Assembly (NCBI GenBank): GCA_009777025.1
Contig: WRMS01000001.1
Location: 1-38,269, forward strand
Length of the DNA stretch: 38,269 bases
Direction: 5' to 3'
DNA from: Clostridiales bacterium
GTDB taxonomy: Bacteria; Bacillota; Peptococcia; DRI-13; UBA5745
This document shows, piece after piece, positions 1 through 9,102 of this stretch. The notes beneath the pieces were generated by a model. That model did no database searches. It was not told where the DNA came from and saw nothing but the letters and a program-made list of their open reading frames with translations. Position 1 is the stretch's first letter. The number at the start of each line of letters is the position of its first letter. The translations under genes were made by a program, and so were the position numbers.

Positions 1-673
1 AGGCGCCGATGTTATCCGGCTTGACGCTGCCGCCGTATTGGATGCGAACCTTCTCCGCGCCCCCGGCGCCGAAGGCGGATTTCAGCCACTGCCGCAAGAG
101 GGCGATGGTTTCCTGGGCGTCGTCCGCGCTGGCGTTTACGCCTGTGCCGATCGCCCAGATTGGCTCATAGGCGATGATCAGCGTGTCGCAGAGTTCCGGA
201 CCAAAATCCGCCAGTGCGGCAGCCAATTGGCCCCTGCAGAAATCCGCGGTTTCCCCCCGCTGCCGCTGCTCCAGCGTTTCGCCGATGCAAAGGATAGGCT
301 TCAGCCCGTATTCCAGGGCAGTTTTCATTTTGGCATGCAGAAACTCGTCTTGCTCCCCTATGACCTGCCGGCGCTCGGAATGCCCGATAATGACGTAGGA
401 CGCGCCTTCCGCAAGGAGCATCGCCGGAGAAATCTCACCGGTAAACGCCCCCTCTTTCGCGGGATACAGATTCTGCCCGCCGGTTCCAATGGCAGTTCCT
501 TTCGTCGCTTCAGCAAATGCCGGCAATGCGGTAAAGGGAGGGCAAACCACGATATCCACCTGATCTTGCAACGCCTGCTTCCGCAGGTTTTCCTTGAGCG
601 CATCGGCAAAAGCCACTGCTTCGGCCGCTGTCTTAAACATTTTCCAATTCGCGGCTAGAATCGCTTTTCGCAT
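1..673 (-). CDS. tpiA: triose-phosphate isomerase, C-terminal end cut by the window edge
   Basis: Missing from the ORF track only because it runs off the window. Reverse-strand translation from ATG 673-671 reads MRKAILAANWKMFK...AIGTGGQNLYPAKEGAFTGEISPAMLLAEGASYVIIGHSERR...LIIAYEPIWAIGTG, which are TIM signatures. AAGGAGG lies just upstream, and the gene sits 13 nt downstream of pgk. Confidence 0.9.
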   Translation of the reverse strand, partial: MRKAILAANWKMFKTAAEAVAFADALKENLRKQALQDQVDIVVCPPFTALPAFAEATKGTAIGTGGQNLYPAKEGAFTGEISPAMLLAEGASYVIIGHSERRQVIGEQDEFLHAKMKTALEYGLKPILCIGETLEQRQRGETADFCRGQLAAALADFGPELCDTLIIAYEPIWAIGTGVNASADDAQETIALLRQWLKSAFGAGGAEKVRIQYGGSVKPDNIGA

Positions 674-686
674 GATGTTGGCCTCC

Positions 687-1871
687 TTAATCCTTGTCCT
701 GCAGTATCTCTATGCCAGGGAGCTTTTTTCCTTCCAGAAGCTCCAGAGAAGCGCCCCCTCCTGTGGATAAATGCGTCATTTTCTCTCCGTAGCCCGCTTG
801 TATAACCGCCGCGACCGCATCGCCGCCGCCCACTATGGTTATGGCGGAGGATTCCGCCATGGCTTTTGCCACCCCGTCGGATCCTTTGGCAAAGGAGGGC
901 ATTTCATAGACGCCCAGCGGACCGTTCCAAATGATCGTGCCGGCTTGGGCAAAGATAGCAGCCCAGGCTTTCACCGTAGCAGGCCCGATATCCAGCGCCA
1001 TCCACCCGGCGGGCACCTTGTCATAGGGCACTGTCTTTTTTTCGGCATCGTCGCTGAAGCTGTCCGCCGCCACCAAGTCCTCCGGATAGACGATTCTACA
1101 GGCGCCTTTTTCCACCCGTTCCATCATTTCCCGGGAAAGATCCAGTTTGTCCGATTCGATTTTGGAAGTCCCCATATCACAACCTTTTGCCGCCAGCAGT
1201 GTATTGGCCATCGCGCCGCCAAAAAGGATAGAATCCGCTTTATTAGCCAGATTCTCGATCAGGGAGATTTTATCCGAAACCTTGCTCCCCCCCATCACCA
1301 CCACAAAGGGCTGTTTCGGGTTCTCGACGGCTTCCAGAAGGAAGGCGATTTCTTTTTCCATCAGAAAACCGGCGCTTGCCGGAATAAACTGTCCGACTCC
1401 CTCTGTAGAACAGTGCGCCCTGTGCGCGGCGCCAAAAGCGTCGTTGATATAAATGTCTCCCAGCGACGCCAAAAAGCGGCTGAAGGCCGGATCGTTCTTT
1501 TCTTCCTGAGGCCAGAAACGCGTATTCTCCAATAGCGTGATTTGTCCCGGGGTAATCGCATCCGCCGCCGCCTTAATGGATTCCTCCGTGCCGTAAGGGA
1601 TGCAGGTTACTTCCCGGTTCAGCAATGCCGACAGATGCGCCGCGATCGGCTTCACACTCATATCCTCAACGGGTTTCCCTTTGGGGCGGCCTAAATGGGT
1701 CATGATAATCAAGCCGGCCCCCTGATCCATGATATAGCGGATTGTAGGCAGTTCCGCTTGTATTCTTGTGTCGTCGCCGACTTTGCCGTCCTTGATGGGG
1801 ACGTTGAATTCAGAACGAAGCAAGACCCGTTTTCCTTTCAAATCTAAATCTACCATTGTTTTTTTTGCCAA
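687..1871 (-). CDS. pgk: phosphoglycerate kinase
   Basis: Long ORF with PGK signatures (KGKRVLLRSEFNVP, AAHRAHCSTEG, STGGGASLELLEGK). The start is ambiguous. I prefer TTG 1871 (AAGGAG 9 nt upstream, giving MAKKTMVDLDL) over ATG 1856 or the ORF-track start at 1907. Confidence 0.92.
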   Translation of the reverse strand: MAKKTMVDLDLKGKRVLLRSEFNVPIKDGKVGDDTRIQAELPTIRYIMDQGAGLIIMTHLGRPKGKPVEDMSVKPIAAHLSALLNREVTCIPYGTEESIKAAADAITPGQITLLENTRFWPQEEKNDPAFSRFLASLGDIYINDAFGAAHRAHCSTEGVGQFIPASAGFLMEKEIAFLLEAVENPKQPFVVVMGGSKVSDKISLIENLANKADSILFGGAMANTLLAAKGCDMGTSKIESDKLDLSREMMERVEKGACRIVYPEDLVAADSFSDDAEKKTVPYDKVPAGWMALDIGPATVKAWAAIFAQAGTIIWNGPLGVYEMPSFAKGSDGVAKAMAESSAITIVGGGDAVAAVIQAGYGEKMTHLSTGGGASLELLEGKKLPGIEILQDKD

Positions 1872-1990
1872 TCGTACCAACTCCTTAAATAATCTATATA
1901 TAACCATATGCCGGGTATCCCGGTATTATGGTATCTCGCGTTTTGTTGTTATATGCCTTTTCTGCGCCATACTGGACGGTTTTTGTCGAT

Positions 1991-2022
1991 AAAAAACATT
2001 CAGGGCGTCTTTCGACGCCCTG
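1991..2022 (-). terminator. intrinsic terminator after the ferredoxin gene
   Basis: 9-bp GC-rich stem cagggcgtc/gacgccctg (2001-2009 and 2014-2022) with a 4-nt loop. On the minus strand it is followed by aatgtttttt (2000-1991). Confidence 0.6.
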
Positions 2023-2047
2023 ATTTACCTGGTATTCATTATCTGCT

Positions 2048-2218
2048 TTATCCAGCCTGAGGTGCGCTTACTGGGCAAATGTCAGCACAAGCGCCGCAAT
2101 CGACGCATTTCCCTGCGTCAATAACATATTTGCTATCGCCTTCCGTAATAGCTTCCGAGGGACAGCCGGAACTGCACGCGCCGCAGCTGATACATTCATC
2201 ATTGATCGTGTAAGCCAT
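2048..2218 (-). CDS. 2x[4Fe-4S] clostridial-type ferredoxin (56 aa)
   Basis: Two CxxCxxCxxxCP motifs (CISCGACSSGCP, CVDCGACADICP). ATG 2218 is preceded by GGAGGTGAAAAA; the longer ORF-track start at 2284 has no RBS. Confidence 0.85.
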   Translation of the reverse strand: MAYTINDECISCGACSSGCPSEAITEGDSKYVIDAGKCVDCGACADICPVSAPQAG

Positions 2219-2528
2219 TTTTTCACCTCCTACTATCATTCCATGTTGGAAAGGAATCACCGGCTGCGTTGAACCGCAGTCCAATCGCAGCTATGCCGCT
2301 TGCCAAGCCGTTTCAGGGCATGATGTACGACTTTTCCCGGCAACACGCAAATAAATTATAACTTGCCGTAACAGGGAAAGCAAGCCGCAATTCACATAAT
2401 TTCAAGCCTGTGTTTCACGACTTCATGTTCCTAACGTAGCCTCGGCAAACATTCTGTCCGCCACCATAGTCGGCACTGAACTGTAACGGCAGGCACGGCG
2501 CCATGCGCAGGTTTTCTGATTGCCCCTG

Positions 2529-2556
2529 TTCAAACTACAGGCAATTTGTGTATAAT
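2529..2556 (+). promoter_or_regulatory. candidate sigma-A promoter for the moaD-like/aor unit
   Basis: TTCAAA (2529-2534), a 16-nt spacer, then TATAAT (2551-2556) with TGTG immediately upstream. Confidence 0.4.
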
Positions 2557-2596
2557 CATCTTAGGTACAATTTGTCCGATGGCTGGTGAGGATAGT

Positions 2597-2872
2597 ATGG
2601 GTTTCACCTTATACCATAGCGATATGTTTCCCGGGTTGCCGGGGAAAATGCGCTTTGACCGGGACGGCATCACGGTCGGCGAACTTTTTACGCTGCTGGC
2701 TAACCAATATGGGGATCAAGCCCTGACGGAAGTGCTGGATAAAAGCGGCAAGCTCCACAGAGAAGCCATGGTGGTGATCAACGGGAGCATACTGCGCCAG
2801 CCCCTGGTTTTGTCCACCGTAATCCCCGCCGAAAGTGAAGTCCTCGTCACTGTCCTGATAGCGGGAGGCTAG
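2597..2872 (+). CDS. MoaD/ThiS-like ubiquitin-fold sulfur-carrier protein
   Basis: About 91 aa ending in ...VLIAGG (C-terminal Gly-Gly). ATG 2597 follows GGTGAGGA. It lies directly upstream of a pterin-dependent AOR, a known pairing. Confidence 0.65.
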   Translation: MGFTLYHSDMFPGLPGKMRFDRDGITVGELFTLLANQYGDQALTEVLDKSGKLHREAMVVINGSILRQPLVLSTVIPAESEVLVTVLIAGG

Positions 2873-2884
2873 CGGCTTGTTGGT

Positions 2885-2936
2885 CTGGCAGCCTGACGGA
2901 CTGGCAGTCTGACGGCCTGGCAGCTTGGCAGCCTGG
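2885..2936. repeat. short tandem repeat, about 16-nt unit ctggcag(c/t)ctgacgg
   Basis: ctggcagcctgacgga (2885-2900) and ctggcagtctgacggc (2901-2916), followed by degenerate partial units ctggcagcttg and gcagcctgg. Confidence 0.7.
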
Positions 2937-3135
2937 AAAGCCCAATGATTACCAAAATTTAGCCATATCCCATTATGCTACATTCCGCCCTGTAGCTCTT
3001 CGATTTTCGGGTGCTCCGGTATTGTTCATCCCCCAAAACTGTGGTGAAGGGAGAGCATAGAGGGAAGTGTTAGAAACGGTTAGAATAATAGATAATTATT
3101 AGCGACAGTTCACTTTAAAGAATGGGGGAAATTCA

Positions 3136-5028
3136 GTGCATTTCGGCGGATATATGGGCAAACTTCTCTTTGTCAACCTCAGCGATAAAACGACGCGGGA
3201 GGTTCAGCCTGACGAACAGCTCTACAGGCAATACATCGGCGGCTACGGGCTTGGGGCACGGATATTGTACGAGCATCTCCAACCGGGCGTAGACCCCCTG
3301 GGACCGGAAAATATGATCGGCTTTGTCGCCGGAACCTTCACAGGTACCAAAGCGCACGCTGCCGGGCGCTTTCACGTCGTAGCCAAATCACCGCTGACCG
3401 GTGGCTGGGGGGATTCCAGTTGCGGCGGCAATTTCGGACCCAAGCTGAAAAGCACGGGCTATGACGGCGTCTTCTTCAGCGGTAAAGCGGAGAAGCCTGT
3501 TTATATCTTCCTCGACGACGGGCGCCTGGAGTTCTGCGACGCGGCGGATGTGTGGGGCAAGGATTGCAGCGATACCGAAACCTGGCTCAAAGAGAAATAT
3601 ACCGGCAGAAATATCGGCGTCATGTCCATTGGCCAGGCAGGAGAAAACCAGTTGCGCATCGCGAACATCATGCATGATTACGGACGGGCAGCCGGTCGCT
3701 TGGGGCTGGGCGCTGTCATGGGTGCAAAGATGCTCAAAGCATTTGTCGTCTGCGGAACGCACCAAGTGCCTGTCGCCGATCCGGAAGCCTTCCAAAAGCA
3801 GCTTGACTATATGGTGCACAACATTACCCAGGAAAGGACGCCGATGGCAAATAGGCTGGGTACCAGCGGCACCGGCACAGTCTATGACAAGAATATCGCC
3901 ATCCAGGACTGCCCTGTGCAGAACTGGCGTTCCCTCGGCGCCGGAAATTACTCCCTGGATCAGGCGATGAAGCTGAGCGGACCGGCTTACGCGCCCTACG
4001 TCAAGCGACGCTATGCCTGCGCCCAATGCCCCGTCGCCTGTGGCGCCATAATCGAATTCACGGATAGCGAAGGCCGGACGCAAGAATCCCACCGGCCAGA
4101 ATACGAGACCATTGGCGCTTTTGGCAGCCTTTGTCTGGTGGACGATATACAAACGGTGATGGAGGCAAACGAAGCCTGCAACCGCTACGGCATGGATAGT
4201 ATATCCACCGGCGGCACAATCGCCTTTGCCATGGAGTGCTTCGAGAAGGGCCTCATCCGCCCGGAAGACATAAACGGCATGGATTTATCATGGGGGAACA
4301 AAGATGCGCTGGTTCCGCTGATCCGGCAAATGGCTTACCGCGAAGGGATAGGCGCAGTCCTTGCCGATGGTTCCCGCATCGCGGCCCATAAACTCGGGCA
4401 GGGCGCGATCGCGTATGCCATGCAGGCCGGCGGCGTAGAACTGCCCATGCATGACCCGCGTTGCTGGCCGGGCTTCGGTTATAGCTATGCGCTGGATCCC
4501 ACGCCCGGTATCCATTGCAAAGGACCGGTTGGATTCATCGAACATGGCTGGACCGACCGTCAATTTGAGGAAATATACAACATGCGGCATTTGCCGGATA
4601 GCCGCTACGCCTATGAGAACAAAGGGGAAGCGCTGAAATTGTTGAGCCACTGGTACCATTTTTTCAATGGAACCGGCCTATGCATTTTAGGAAAATATTG
4701 CTATTATCGCTACCCGACGCTGGAGCTTCTCAAGGCAATAACGGGTTGGGAAGACTTCGATATGGAAGAAGCCCTTGCCTGCGGCGAAAGGGTCAATACG
4801 CTGCGCCAGCAGTTTAATGTCAATGAAGGCATAAGCTTTGAGGACTTCAAGCCGCCCGGGCGCGTACTGGGCGACCCGCCCTTTCTTGCAGGCCCCACCG
4901 CAGGCGTAACCGTGGATGTAGAAACGGTTCGCCGGGATTATTATCGTGAAATGGACTGGGACTATCCCTCCGGCAGGCCGTCAAGAGTGGCTATTGAGCG
5001 GCTGGGCCTGACGCAGCTCATTCCCTAA
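3136..5028 (+). CDS. aor: tungsten-type aldehyde:ferredoxin oxidoreductase
   Basis: 630-aa ORF. The N-terminus (MHFGGYMGKLLFVNLSD...YIGGYGLGARILYE...PLGPEN) matches the AOR-family N-terminal domain. CAQCPVAC is the CxxCxxxC [4Fe-4S] ligand motif. GTG 3136 lies 5-6 nt after GGGGGAA. Confidence 0.9.
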   Translation: MHFGGYMGKLLFVNLSDKTTREVQPDEQLYRQYIGGYGLGARILYEHLQPGVDPLGPENMIGFVAGTFTGTKAHAAGRFHVVAKSPLTGGWGDSSCGGNFGPKLKSTGYDGVFFSGKAEKPVYIFLDDGRLEFCDAADVWGKDCSDTETWLKEKYTGRNIGVMSIGQAGENQLRIANIMHDYGRAAGRLGLGAVMGAKMLKAFVVCGTHQVPVADPEAFQKQLDYMVHNITQERTPMANRLGTSGTGTVYDKNIAIQDCPVQNWRSLGAGNYSLDQAMKLSGPAYAPYVKRRYACAQCPVACGAIIEFTDSEGRTQESHRPEYETIGAFGSLCLVDDIQTVMEANEACNRYGMDSISTGGTIAFAMECFEKGLIRPEDINGMDLSWGNKDALVPLIRQMAYREGIGAVLADGSRIAAHKLGQGAIAYAMQAGGVELPMHDPRCWPGFGYSYALDPTPGIHCKGPVGFIEHGWTDRQFEEIYNMRHLPDSRYAYENKGEALKLLSHWYHFFNGTGLCILGKYCYYRYPTLELLKAITGWEDFDMEEALACGERVNTLRQQFNVNEGISFEDFKPPGRVLGDPPFLAGPTAGVTVDVETVRRDYYREMDWDYPSGRPSRVAIERLGLTQLIP

Positions 5029-5095
5029 ATGAGTTACCGCACAAACCTATTCCCGTTTTCCATCAGCGATCAGGATAAGCGTGGATCCGAATCCT

Positions 5096-5270
5096 GTGCT
5101 GAACGAAGATTCGTTCAAGGGACGCTAAGTCGCTATATGAAACCCACTAAAGAATCTATACATCGGGTTTTATATAGCGGTGCATCTGGATGCACCCCGC
5201 GAACGTAGGGAGCGGAGGGATGAGCGGCGTGTACGCGAATCTCGACGGGGCATGGGGCAGTGCCCCATAT
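5096..5270. repeat. hairpin array; inverted, internally deleted copy of the 34.7-34.95 kb mosaic element
   Basis: Module A gtgctgaacgaagattcgttcaa (5096-5118) is identical to 13684-13706. There is a 15-bp stem at 5131-5145/5165-5179 and a 7-bp stem at 5179-5196. ccgcgaa..gcggagggatgagcg (5197-5226) and cgcgaatctcgacgggg..atggggcagtgccccat (5234-5268) match the reverse complement of 34766-34880. Confidence 0.65.
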
Positions 5271-5313
5271 AGAATGATTATCAGGATTCATATAGACGGA
5301 ACAACTTGAAAGG

Positions 5314-5349
5314 GAAAGCAGCATCCGGATAGATGCTGCTTTCTCTTTC
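5314..5349 (+). terminator. intrinsic terminator downstream of aor
   Basis: 12-bp stem gaaagcagcatc/gatgctgctttc (5314-5325 and 5332-5343) with a 6-nt loop, followed by tctttc. Confidence 0.6.
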
Positions 5350-5597
5350 AGGAGGGTTTATGAAGAAGTGTGTTCCTGCAATGTAAGAGTTGCGCCAAAT
5401 GCGCTGTGTATATCGGCGCCCTTTTCGAGCGGCTTTTTAGAGTGGCGAATCCCGATGAGATCCCGGTCGTGTTTCCTCTCCATCTGTCTACACTCGAAAC
5501 ATAGGGTTGTTTTTGATATTACATTAGCCATTTTAAACTTTTTATGATAACATTTATTTCACAGACCCAATGACCCCATTGTGTGGATAGGAAAAAG

Positions 5598-6401
5598 ATG
5601 AACAATACCGGGAAAGAAACAAAAAAACCATTGCGGCTGATTGTGATGGATCTCGACAATAGTCTTCTGCGAAGAGACAAAAGCATCTCTGCGTACACGC
5701 AGTCTATATTGGATCAATGCAGAACAAATGGTTTATGCACCGCCTTTGCCACGGCACGGTCGGAAAGCTCATCCAAGCGCTTTATAGATTGGATACAGCC
5801 GGATGCGATGATCAGCAACGGCGGCGCCCTTGTCCGCGTAGGAGACCGGATCGTCTACCGCGCGACGATGAGCAGGGAGATCACCAACCGGTTGCTGCAA
5901 GCGCTTCTTCAGACGCCGGGAATAGGCTATGTTACGGTGGATACCGACGAAGGCTATTTCGTGAATCAACTGGTTGAGGAGAGTACGCCGGGCTGGAGCG
6001 ACTATTTGCCCGCTTATCCCAGGGATTTCGCACATGGGCTGGATTGCGACGCGTATAAAGTCTCCGTGCAACTGCCGGATGAGGATGGCGCGCGGGCTAT
6101 TCTTAGCGGTTTTCCGATGATCGACGTCATCCCTTTTTATGGAGAAAACTGGTATCGCTATGCCGCAAAGGGCGCGGACAAGTGGGACGGCGTCAAGGCG
6201 TTGGCGGCCCATTTAGCGATTGACAGAGAAGCCGTTGTTGCTTTTGGCGATGATTACAGTGACCTGGAAATGATTAAGCAATGCGGCGTTGGCGTCGCCG
6301 TCGCCAATGGGATCAGCGAAGTGAAAATGGCTGCGGATGCGATCTGCGCGGACTGCGATGAAGACGGCATTGCGCATTGGATCGAGGTGCATTGTCTGTG
6401 A
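5598..6401 (+). CDS. Cof-type HAD-IIB phosphatase
   Basis: Motif I VMDLDNSLL and motif IV FGDDYSDLEM. ATG 5598 is preferred over the ORF-track GTG at 5583. Confidence 0.8.
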   Translation: MNNTGKETKKPLRLIVMDLDNSLLRRDKSISAYTQSILDQCRTNGLCTAFATARSESSSKRFIDWIQPDAMISNGGALVRVGDRIVYRATMSREITNRLLQALLQTPGIGYVTVDTDEGYFVNQLVEESTPGWSDYLPAYPRDFAHGLDCDAYKVSVQLPDEDGARAILSGFPMIDVIPFYGENWYRYAAKGADKWDGVKALAAHLAIDREAVVAFGDDYSDLEMIKQCGVGVAVANGISEVKMAADAICADCDEDGIAHWIEVHCL

Positions 6402-7246
6402 CGGGTAAAACCCCTGCGTATCCCGTCCTTCCGGATGAGAAGCCGGATATCCGTTTACTGGCGCTCGATCTGGACGACAGCCTGCTGACCGACGCGCTGG
6501 TGATTACGCCAAGAACAAAGAAAGCCATACAAGCAGCCCGGGCGCAGGGCGTAACGGTCACGCTGGCTACAGGCCGCATGTTTCAATCGGCGCTGCCTTA
6601 TGCCCGGGAACTGGAGTTAGAGGTTCCCCTCATCACCTACCAGGGCGCTTTGGTTTGTATGCCAGACGGCAGGATCATCAGCCATCAGCCCTTCGACCGG
6701 CAGCTGAGCATCGAGCTTTTAGAATTTCTGTTGCCATACGGTTACCAGGTCAATGTCTATGTAAAAGACGAGTTCTATATTGAGAAAAGCTCTCCGGAGG
6801 CGGAGGTTTACCGGGCGCGTATCCGAACCAATTTCCATGAAGTGCCCAGCTTGACAGCGATGATGGCCGGCGGCTCCGAAGGGGCGACCAAGATCGCCGT
6901 GATTGCCGGGGCAGAGCAGATACGGGAAATCACAGCCGCTATGCAGGAGCGTTTTGGGAAGAAGGCCCTTGCCGTACCCAGTAAACCGACTTTCCTGGAA
7001 ATCAACAGACCGGACACGGGGAAAGGCGTCGCATTGGCTGTGATGGCAGCCGGTTTGGGGATAGAGCGCCGGCAGGTCATGGCTATCGGAGACAGCCCCA
7101 ATGACCTGGACATGATCGAATATGCCGGTTGGGGCGTGGCTATGGCAAACGGAGAGGAAAGTGTGAAAGAAAAAGCCCGCTGGATCACGGCGTCCAATGA
7201 AGAAGAAGGCGTGGCTATTGCGATTGAGCTTTTGTTGTTATCCTAA
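6398..7246 (+). CDS. Cof-type HAD-IIB phosphatase (second paralogue)
   Basis: ALDLDDSLL and IGDSPNDLDM motifs. GTG 6398 overlaps the upstream stop (GTGA). The ORF-track TTG at 6377 is an alternative start. Confidence 0.8.
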   Translation: MTGKTPAYPVLPDEKPDIRLLALDLDDSLLTDALVITPRTKKAIQAARAQGVTVTLATGRMFQSALPYARELELEVPLITYQGALVCMPDGRIISHQPFDRQLSIELLEFLLPYGYQVNVYVKDEFYIEKSSPEAEVYRARIRTNFHEVPSLTAMMAGGSEGATKIAVIAGAEQIREITAAMQERFGKKALAVPSKPTFLEINRPDTGKGVALAVMAAGLGIERRQVMAIGDSPNDLDMIEYAGWGVAMANGEESVKEKARWITASNEEEGVAIAIELLLLS

Positions 7247-7276
7247 TACAGATGATACGGGGAGATAGTAAACGAT

Positions 7277-8146
7277 ATGACACAAGACCAAAAATTGGAA
7301 GTCTGGATTATCACAGGCTTATCAGGGGCAGGAAAGACAAACGTCATCCGAATTCTGGAGGATTGGAATTATTTTTGCATCGATAATCTGCCGCCCGCCA
7401 TGCTGGCGGAGACAGTGGGAATGATCCGGGCTGCGGGAAGCATCCACCGCCTGGCTTTGGGTGTGGACGTCCGCAGCGGTATGCTCTTCGAGCTGTTGCC
7501 GCCTGCTTTGGAGGAATTGACCGCCCGCGAAGGCAAGCCCAAAATCCTCTTTTTAGACGCGGACACGCCGACGCTGGTCAACCGCTTTAAAGAGACCCGC
7601 CGCCGTCATCCGATGGCATCCGAAGGGATGTTGGTGGAAACCATTCAAGCGGAAAGAAGCCGTCTGGAAGCCATGCGGGAAATCGCGGACGAAATAATCG
7701 ATACCAGCAATCTGAAGGTGAAGGATCTCAAAGAGATATTAGAAAAACGGATCAACGCGGAGGGCTGGGAGGACCGACTCAAAGTCCATATTGTATCCTT
7801 CGGTTACAAATACGGCATTCCTATGGATGCGGATCTGCTGATGGACGTCCGTTTCCTCCCGAATCCCTTCTATTTGTCCGAGTTGAAGGAATTGACGGGC
7901 AAGGATGGCCCGGTCAGGGATTTTGTAATGGGACATGAGGTCTCGCAGGTATTCTTCGACCAGTTTTCATCGCTGTTATTTTATCTGATTCCCAAGTATA
8001 TCGAAGAAGGCAAATCCAGCCTGGTGGTCGCCATCGGCTGCACCGGCGGAAGGCATCGGTCCGTAACGCTGGCGGAAAAGCTGTATGGCGCGCTCAGGGA
8101 GAAAGGTTTCGGCGCGGACATCCGGCACAGGGACACAGAACGATGA
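7277..8146 (+). CDS. rapZ: RNase adapter / nucleotide-binding protein RapZ (YvcJ)
   Basis: Walker A GLSGAGKT, and C-terminal IGCTGGRHRSV typical of RapZ/YvcJ. Confidence 0.9.
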   Translation: MTQDQKLEVWIITGLSGAGKTNVIRILEDWNYFCIDNLPPAMLAETVGMIRAAGSIHRLALGVDVRSGMLFELLPPALEELTAREGKPKILFLDADTPTLVNRFKETRRRHPMASEGMLVETIQAERSRLEAMREIADEIIDTSNLKVKDLKEILEKRINAEGWEDRLKVHIVSFGYKYGIPMDADLLMDVRFLPNPFYLSELKELTGKDGPVRDFVMGHEVSQVFFDQFSSLLFYLIPKYIEEGKSSLVVAIGCTGGRHRSVTLAEKLYGALREKGFGADIRHRDTER

Positions 8147-9102
8147 TGGGAAGGACTTCCTCCTTTTCTGCTGGCGTCAAAGGCGAACTGGCAAGGCTTT
8201 ATCCGGAGAAAGCCTGCTGCCGGCTGGCGGAATTGGCGGCAATTACGCGTTTGGACGGCACGGTTACCCTCGGACAGAATAGTAACCCAGGGCTATACAT
8301 CGCGACAGAATACTCCGCTGTGGCCAGAAAGGTATTTCGGCTGATCAAGGACTTATTCTCTGTCGAAGCGGAACTGACGGTCAAGCGACAAAACCGCCTG
8401 AAACGGCGAACCGTATACCATATCCAGGTGACCTCGCCGGAAGATACGCAGAGGCTGCTCCATTCCCTGGGGATTTTGTCCGCCAGAGGGCAGATCGTAG
8501 CAGGTATAAAAAAAGATATTATCCGGAATAAATGCTGCAGCTGTAGCTATCTGCGGGGCGCCTTTCTGGGAAGCGGCTCCGTCAGCGGGCCTGACAGCGA
8601 TTATCATTTGGAGCTGACTGCCGGAAATGAGAAATTAGGTATGGATCTGATGGAGCTGGCTAACCGCTTTCCCGGCATACAGGCGAAGATAAGCCGGCGA
8701 AAACAGACGCAGCTTGTTTACCTGAAAGAAAGCGACCAGATCGCGGATATCCTGACCTTGATGGGCGCCCATGGCAATCTGCTGGAGTTCGAAAACGCCA
8801 GGGTGCTGAAAGGCATGAAGAATCAGGTTAACCGGCTTGTGAATTGTGAGACGGCCAATCTGGAGAAAACGGTGGACGCGGCGGTCAGGCAGACGATCAA
8901 TATCAAGCTAATCGATGAGCGGATCGGCATCGACGCCCTCAATCCTTCCCTGGCGCAAGTAGCCAGGCTGCGTATGCTGAATCCCGAAGCCAATCTGAAA
9001 GAGCTGGGCGAAATTATGACGCCGCCGCTGGGTAAATCGGGGGTCAACCACCGTTTGCGGAAAATTGGGGAAATCGCCGACAAGCTCCGGGAAAAGCAGT
9101 AG
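8143..9102 (+). CDS. whiA: DNA-binding sporulation/cell-division regulator WhiA
   Basis: Degenerate LAGLIDADG-like body (FSAGVKGELARL..., YLRGAFLGSGSV) plus a C-terminal HTH (LGKSGVNHRLRKI). The ATG overlaps the rapZ stop (ATGA). Confidence 0.9.
   Translation: MMGRTSSFSAGVKGELARLYPEKACCRLAELAAITRLDGTVTLGQNSNPGLYIATEYSAVARKVFRLIKDLFSVEAELTVKRQNRLKRRTVYHIQVTSPEDTQRLLHSLGILSARGQIVAGIKKDIIRNKCCSCSYLRGAFLGSGSVSGPDSDYHLELTAGNEKLGMDLMELANRFPGIQAKISRRKQTQLVYLKESDQIADILTLMGAHGNLLEFENARVLKGMKNQVNRLVNCETANLEKTVDAAVRQTINIKLIDERIGIDALNPSLAQVARLRMLNPEANLKELGEIMTPPLGKSGVNHRLRKIGEIADKLREKQ

Noticed and set aside
771-1535. Long antisense or alternative-frame ORFs inside clear genes (for example 771-1535, 3388-4152, 10005-10670, 11131-11772, 15023-15724).
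   Set aside because: They lie opposite or out of frame to genes with unmistakable family motifs. Their composition is Arg/Gly/Ser-rich and low-complexity, as expected from GC-rich shadow frames, and they lack ribosome-binding sites.
2937-3135. Possible Moco/Tuco (molybdenum/tungsten cofactor) riboswitch in front of aor.
   Set aside because: The context is right, but I could not recognise the conserved Moco-motif core or a convincing multi-stem junction by eye. It needs a covariance-model search before it can be claimed.
5101-5116. gaacgaagattcgttc in module A as a LexA (Cheo-box-like) operator.
   Set aside because: The GAAC/GTTC arms are separated by 8 nt rather than the 4 nt of Firmicute SOS boxes. 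The same module also occurs in positions with no gene to regulate.
5351-5386. GGAGGG followed by a 8-codon mini-ORF (MKKCVPAM) just after the aor terminator.
   Set aside because: The spacing between the SD-like sequence and the ATG is only 3 nt. There is no downstream structure linking it to regulation of the HAD gene, so it is probably fortuitous.
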